64,000 nucleotides of DNA from IMG/VR virus record IMGVR_UViG_3300031555_004779; one strand, 5' to 3'. A program made the position numbers and the translations under genes. Of this stretch, positions 60,201 through 64,000 are shown in pieces. This DNA comes from a virus. Lineage: Duplodnaviria; Heunggongvirae; Uroviricota; Caudoviricetes. Position 1 is the stretch's first letter. Every line of letters starts with the position of its first letter. The notes beneath the pieces are model-generated. The model had not been told where the DNA came from, searched no databases, and was given only the letters and a program-made list of their open reading frames with translations.

Positions 60201-63200
60201 TTGGTTAAATAATCTCCAACAAAAGTATAGCGCATTTTAGTTGTAACAACTATATTTCCTTCGGCATCCACAGTTAAACCATCAACTACTAAACCAGAAG
60301 AAGCTAATTGATTATTCAATTGTTCAGTTAACTATTCTTTAATCGCTTCAAAAGAGCCTTCGCTATCTAGGCCGGTAATAGTAAAAGAGTCTCCTCCAAT
60401 AGATTCAAAATCTATTTGTAAATTCTAATCCCCAACAGCAATTTGAGTTACCCCAGCTAAAGCTGCGTTCATACGGCTAGAAAAATCAGAACCTAATGAT
60501 TGAATCCAACCTTCTGTTCCAAGATTCTAAAAAAGACTATCATAATAGTTTGTTAAGGTTTCCTGCCATCCATCAGCCAAGTTACCTTCCTAATCATATA
60601 AACTTTCTCCAAGATTTCTTGGATTCATAGCTTCTGCAATGGCTACTGCTTGGTCTTGAGTTAAATTTGCTAACTGTTCTCTTAAAGCAGAACCTATATT
60701 CGGGTCATTAATTTTCGTAGCTAAATAATTCATTCCAAAAAATGCAGTCGGATCTAAAGCATTACCACCTGTAACCAACTACATTAAATTCTGTAAAGAT
60801 TCATTTTGTCCGTTTTTAATATTAGTTTCGAATTCAATTAAAAACTACTACTTTTCTTCTAGATTGGACAAATTATTATAAGCATTATAAGCATCTTCTA
60901 AATTTGTTATTGGATTACCCTCACCATCGCCACTAAAATCGAAATTAATACTAGTATCAATATTACCAATTGTGGCTAAAGCTAATAAAGCTTCTAACAT
61001 AGTTTCTAATCCAGACAAATATTTTATCTATGAACGTGCTGTGTCTTTTAATCCTTCGTTCATTCCATCTGCCATAGCAGTCGCTGCTGCACCAATTTCT
61101 AGTCCTACAGCGGCAAAACCTTGAGCATCAACTTGGCCAATAGTTTCTGAAGCAGAAACAACTGTATTAGCAAAGGTTTGGATATCCATACCTGCAATTC
61201 CCAAGCTTCTAGAAACATCATTCCATTGTCCAGAACGATCAAGCTAACTAATAAGATTATAAAAATCATTATAACCCATTTGCTCACTATCTCTTAAGCC
61301 AGTCAAAGCGTTTTTAACTTTATCAATAGTTCCTACAAAACGATCGAAATTTTCTGTCATTCCGTCTGTAGAACTTCTATCCATAAAATTAAATTCTAAA
61401 GATTCTGGGTCAAACATAGCGCTATTTTCAGCCTAACGCAAAACTTCAACCCAGTCTTCCATTCCACTAATTACTTGACCCTATTCATCTAAACAAGCAT
61501 GAATAGCATCCTAAATATCTTCGTAGCCTTGAATGGTGCTATTTTCACCATCTCTCCACATTTCCCAAATTTGATCGCCAAACTCTCCACCAAGTCCTTG
61601 AGCATTGGCTCTAGAGTAAAGCTGAGTAATAAGAAGCCTTTGATCAGCTTCACTCATCTAAACACCACGACTCGTAGTTCTTACTGCTACACCAGATAAT
61701 CCATATTCACGAGCTAAGCGATTAAAATCTTGAGCGCTCAAAGTTCCTTCAATTCCAGAACTTAAATCTGAAATACCCGAAGAAATACTGTCAATTATAC
61801 CATCAACAATAAAAGCTTGAAGTTGTGCTAAACGCTAATTAATGTAAGCAGCATCGGCATCCTATGCTAAAGCTCCCTAAATGATTGCAGAATAAATAGA
61901 ATCTATTATAGCCTAAGAGCCGCCATTTAATGCAGCCTCGATACTATCGGCGGTATAACCAGTATAACCTAGTGTATCATAGATACCAATTAATTCTTCC
62001 GCTGTCATCTCTCCACCGGAAGCTAATTCTTGCATTGCAGTGCCAACTTGATTAAAAGACTCTCTAACGTTATCAAACTGGGCAATTTGCTATGCTTGCT
62101 ATCCTTCGGCCATCGCACTCCAGAATTGTTCGAACAAATCTATTGCCTAAAATGCTTCCGCCTATTCTTCAGCTGTCATATCGGAAGTGCGAACTGCTTC
62201 TTCGGCTTCTGCAATAGTTTGGTCTATTTCGGTACGACTAAAAGTAGACATTCCAGTGCCGGCTATTATGGCTACCTTATCACCATATTGAGCGCGAAGC
62301 TATTCTAGTCTACTAGTCTACGCATTCTAGAACGCCATATCTACCATTTCCATAGCAGTAGCGCCCGCTTCACTCATCGTAGAAAAGCCAATAGTTTCTG
62401 CCAAATCACTTGCAGAATCAAAAGTTTGTATGTCAAAAGTTTGAGTATCCTTGTCATATTTAAACAATTTACTAATCTTTGACATATCAGCCTATTCGCC
62501 TGCAATCATTTGAAATGCTGTTGCTATTTCCGCAGCATCTTCAACAGTAAAACCTGGAGAATCTTCAGACATATTACGAATTTTTTCCATCGCGGAAGAA
62601 TAATATGCTAAAGAATCAGCTTGTTCGGCAATAACTTTGGTGAAATCAAAGCCGAAATCTTTTCCATATCCAATTGAACCAAGATAGCTTGTATATAACT
62701 ATTCAAGTTTATCAGTTTTAAAACTAAAAGTTAAATTATCATCAGCAACTATTTGTTTACTAATTTGTTTTAAGCTTGTAGCAAATTTATCACTAAGATC
62801 GTCTAATTCAATTGGAATATCAATTCCTTCTATTTGACTTATTTCTTTAAATTGAATAAGTTCATTTTCAGTAATATTTCCATAAGCTTTTTTAATCAAT
62901 AGTTCATAAAGAGTTTCACGCGCTTCATTTAAACCATCTTTATAATTAGCTATTAACTATTCATAAACTGAATCAATAGTAGCCTAATCGATTCCTTCGG
63001 GCAATGCCTGTTTAATATATTCTTTAATTCCGTCTTTTGCCTAATCTGCTTCAGTTCCACCAGCTAAAATTTCGCCAATACTTTGTAAAAAATTAGCTTT
63101 AATATCTTCCAATTTTTCTGGAGAATCTTTAAAAATTTCAGCCCATGTACTATCAGTTACTCCTTCAGCAGAAGCCAACTAAGTACCCAAATCTTCTACA

Positions 63201-64000
63201 GCGCCTATAGCAGATTCTAATTCATTATTTACTAAACCTAAAATAGCATTTTTAACCTATTGAGGAACTTCTTTCAACACTTCTGCATTTAGAAGTTCTT
63301 CACTAATATTCCATACTCCACTGCCAGCGTAAGTTTCAGAAGTGTAAGCGCTTAAGTCAACACTCTCTCCAAGTAAAGATTGCAATTTTCCAAGATCGTC
63401 GGCACTATAGCCAGCCAAGCCCTAAGAAGACAACATACTAAAGATTTCACGCTTATCTTCAGTAATTTTGTCAGCACCTTTAAAATTTCTTGCAGTCTAA
63501 GAAGCAAGAAGCGCTTTTGTTGCCTATTCAGATTGGTAATCTAATTCTGCCTAAATTGCCTCAACAGCTCCGTTACGGATAGTTGTCAAATAAGCTTCAA
63601 TTGGCCCCTAAGCCTCATCAAAACTACCAATGGATTCTCGCTAAGAGTCTGTTAATCCTTCATACCAATCTTTCGCCGCCTAAGAGTACTATTCTAATAA
63701 CTACTCGCGCTCACCCTCAGATGCTTCAGTAGCGAATTCCTCTCCACCAAAAGTATACTAATCTTGTTCTTTTAAAATAGCAAGCTATCTTGCTAGAGAT
63801 TTATCTAAAACATCTGTAGTACTAAGTTTATAAGCTTCAGCTACTTCATTAATATTTTTTGCGTACCATTCACCGTTAATTAGCTTAAAAGCATCGGTAA
63901 CATTTTCATACCCCATCTTTTTAGCTATTTTATCAGCTGTTTCAAGGTCAGTACCTTCCGAAGCATCCTCTAAAGCCTATTTAGCAGTATCTAGTTCTGA
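57254..64000 (-). CDS. Tail tape measure protein (5' end outside window; >2200 aa in window; many TAG)
   Basis: Track ORFs 57254, 58337, 59345, 60113, 60590 and 62699 share one frame. Helical A/E/Q-rich sequence with C-terminal motifs YADG...LVGELGPE and YAKGG...GPAWVDG...PERIL. Confidence 0.85.
59057..59092 (-). repeat. Poly-Gly codon run (12 Gly) within tape measure
   Basis: (RCC)n trinucleotide tract on the plus strand. Confidence 0.9.

Noticed and set aside
50924..62308. Plus-strand track ORFs over the tail operon (50924, 56674, 57163, 57351, 58902, 61499, 62030)
   Set aside because: They are antisense shadows of long minus-strand code-15 genes.
5550..64000. Fragmented ORFs as pseudogenes of a decaying prophage
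   Set aside because: All interruptions examined are in-frame TAG with no frameshifts, TAA or TGA, which recoding explains.

Overview
AT-rich 64 kb segment of a large tailed dsDNA bacteriophage. The siphovirus-type tail genes, Firmicutes-like RBSs, consensus TTGACA-N17-TATAAT promoters and anaerobic RNR suggest an anaerobic Bacillota host (inference). The genome uses an alternative code, TAG = Gln (code 15). Many fragments in the supplied ORF track join into single long genes when TAG is read through, and a TAG in one Cys-rich paralog sits exactly opposite the Gln of a conserved HQ motif. Layout: (1) 1-3.9 kb, a radical SAM/SPASM maturase with three paralogous CXXX-repeat (Cys/Gly/Ser/Thr) substrate-like proteins and two small accessory genes, i.e. 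a phage-borne RiPP-like modification cluster. (2) 4-14 kb, a DUF2828/TROVE-VWA-like protein, a 699-aa recoded protein, a ThyX-like protein and minus-strand tail fibres with C-terminal autocleaving chaperones. (3) 14-51 kb, a plus-strand replication and nucleotide-metabolism block (phosphoesterases, nucleotidyltransferase, RNase H, dNMP kinase, ligase, ClpP, PIN-PhoH, type II topoisomerase A/B, SSB, AAA ATPase, DnaB, primase, RecJ, DnaE, NrdDG, formate channel, dUTPase), with an unexplained highly structured non-coding stretch at 22.26-22.60 kb. This block is almost TAG-free; the notable exceptions are the ClpP-like protease, a membrane-anchored GIY-YIG nuclease and a RuvC resolvase. (4) 51-64 kb, TAG-rich minus-strand tail tip, distal tail and tape measure genes. 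No tRNA, suppressor tRNA, CRISPR array or integrase was seen in the window. Product calls come from motif recognition by eye, with no database searches.
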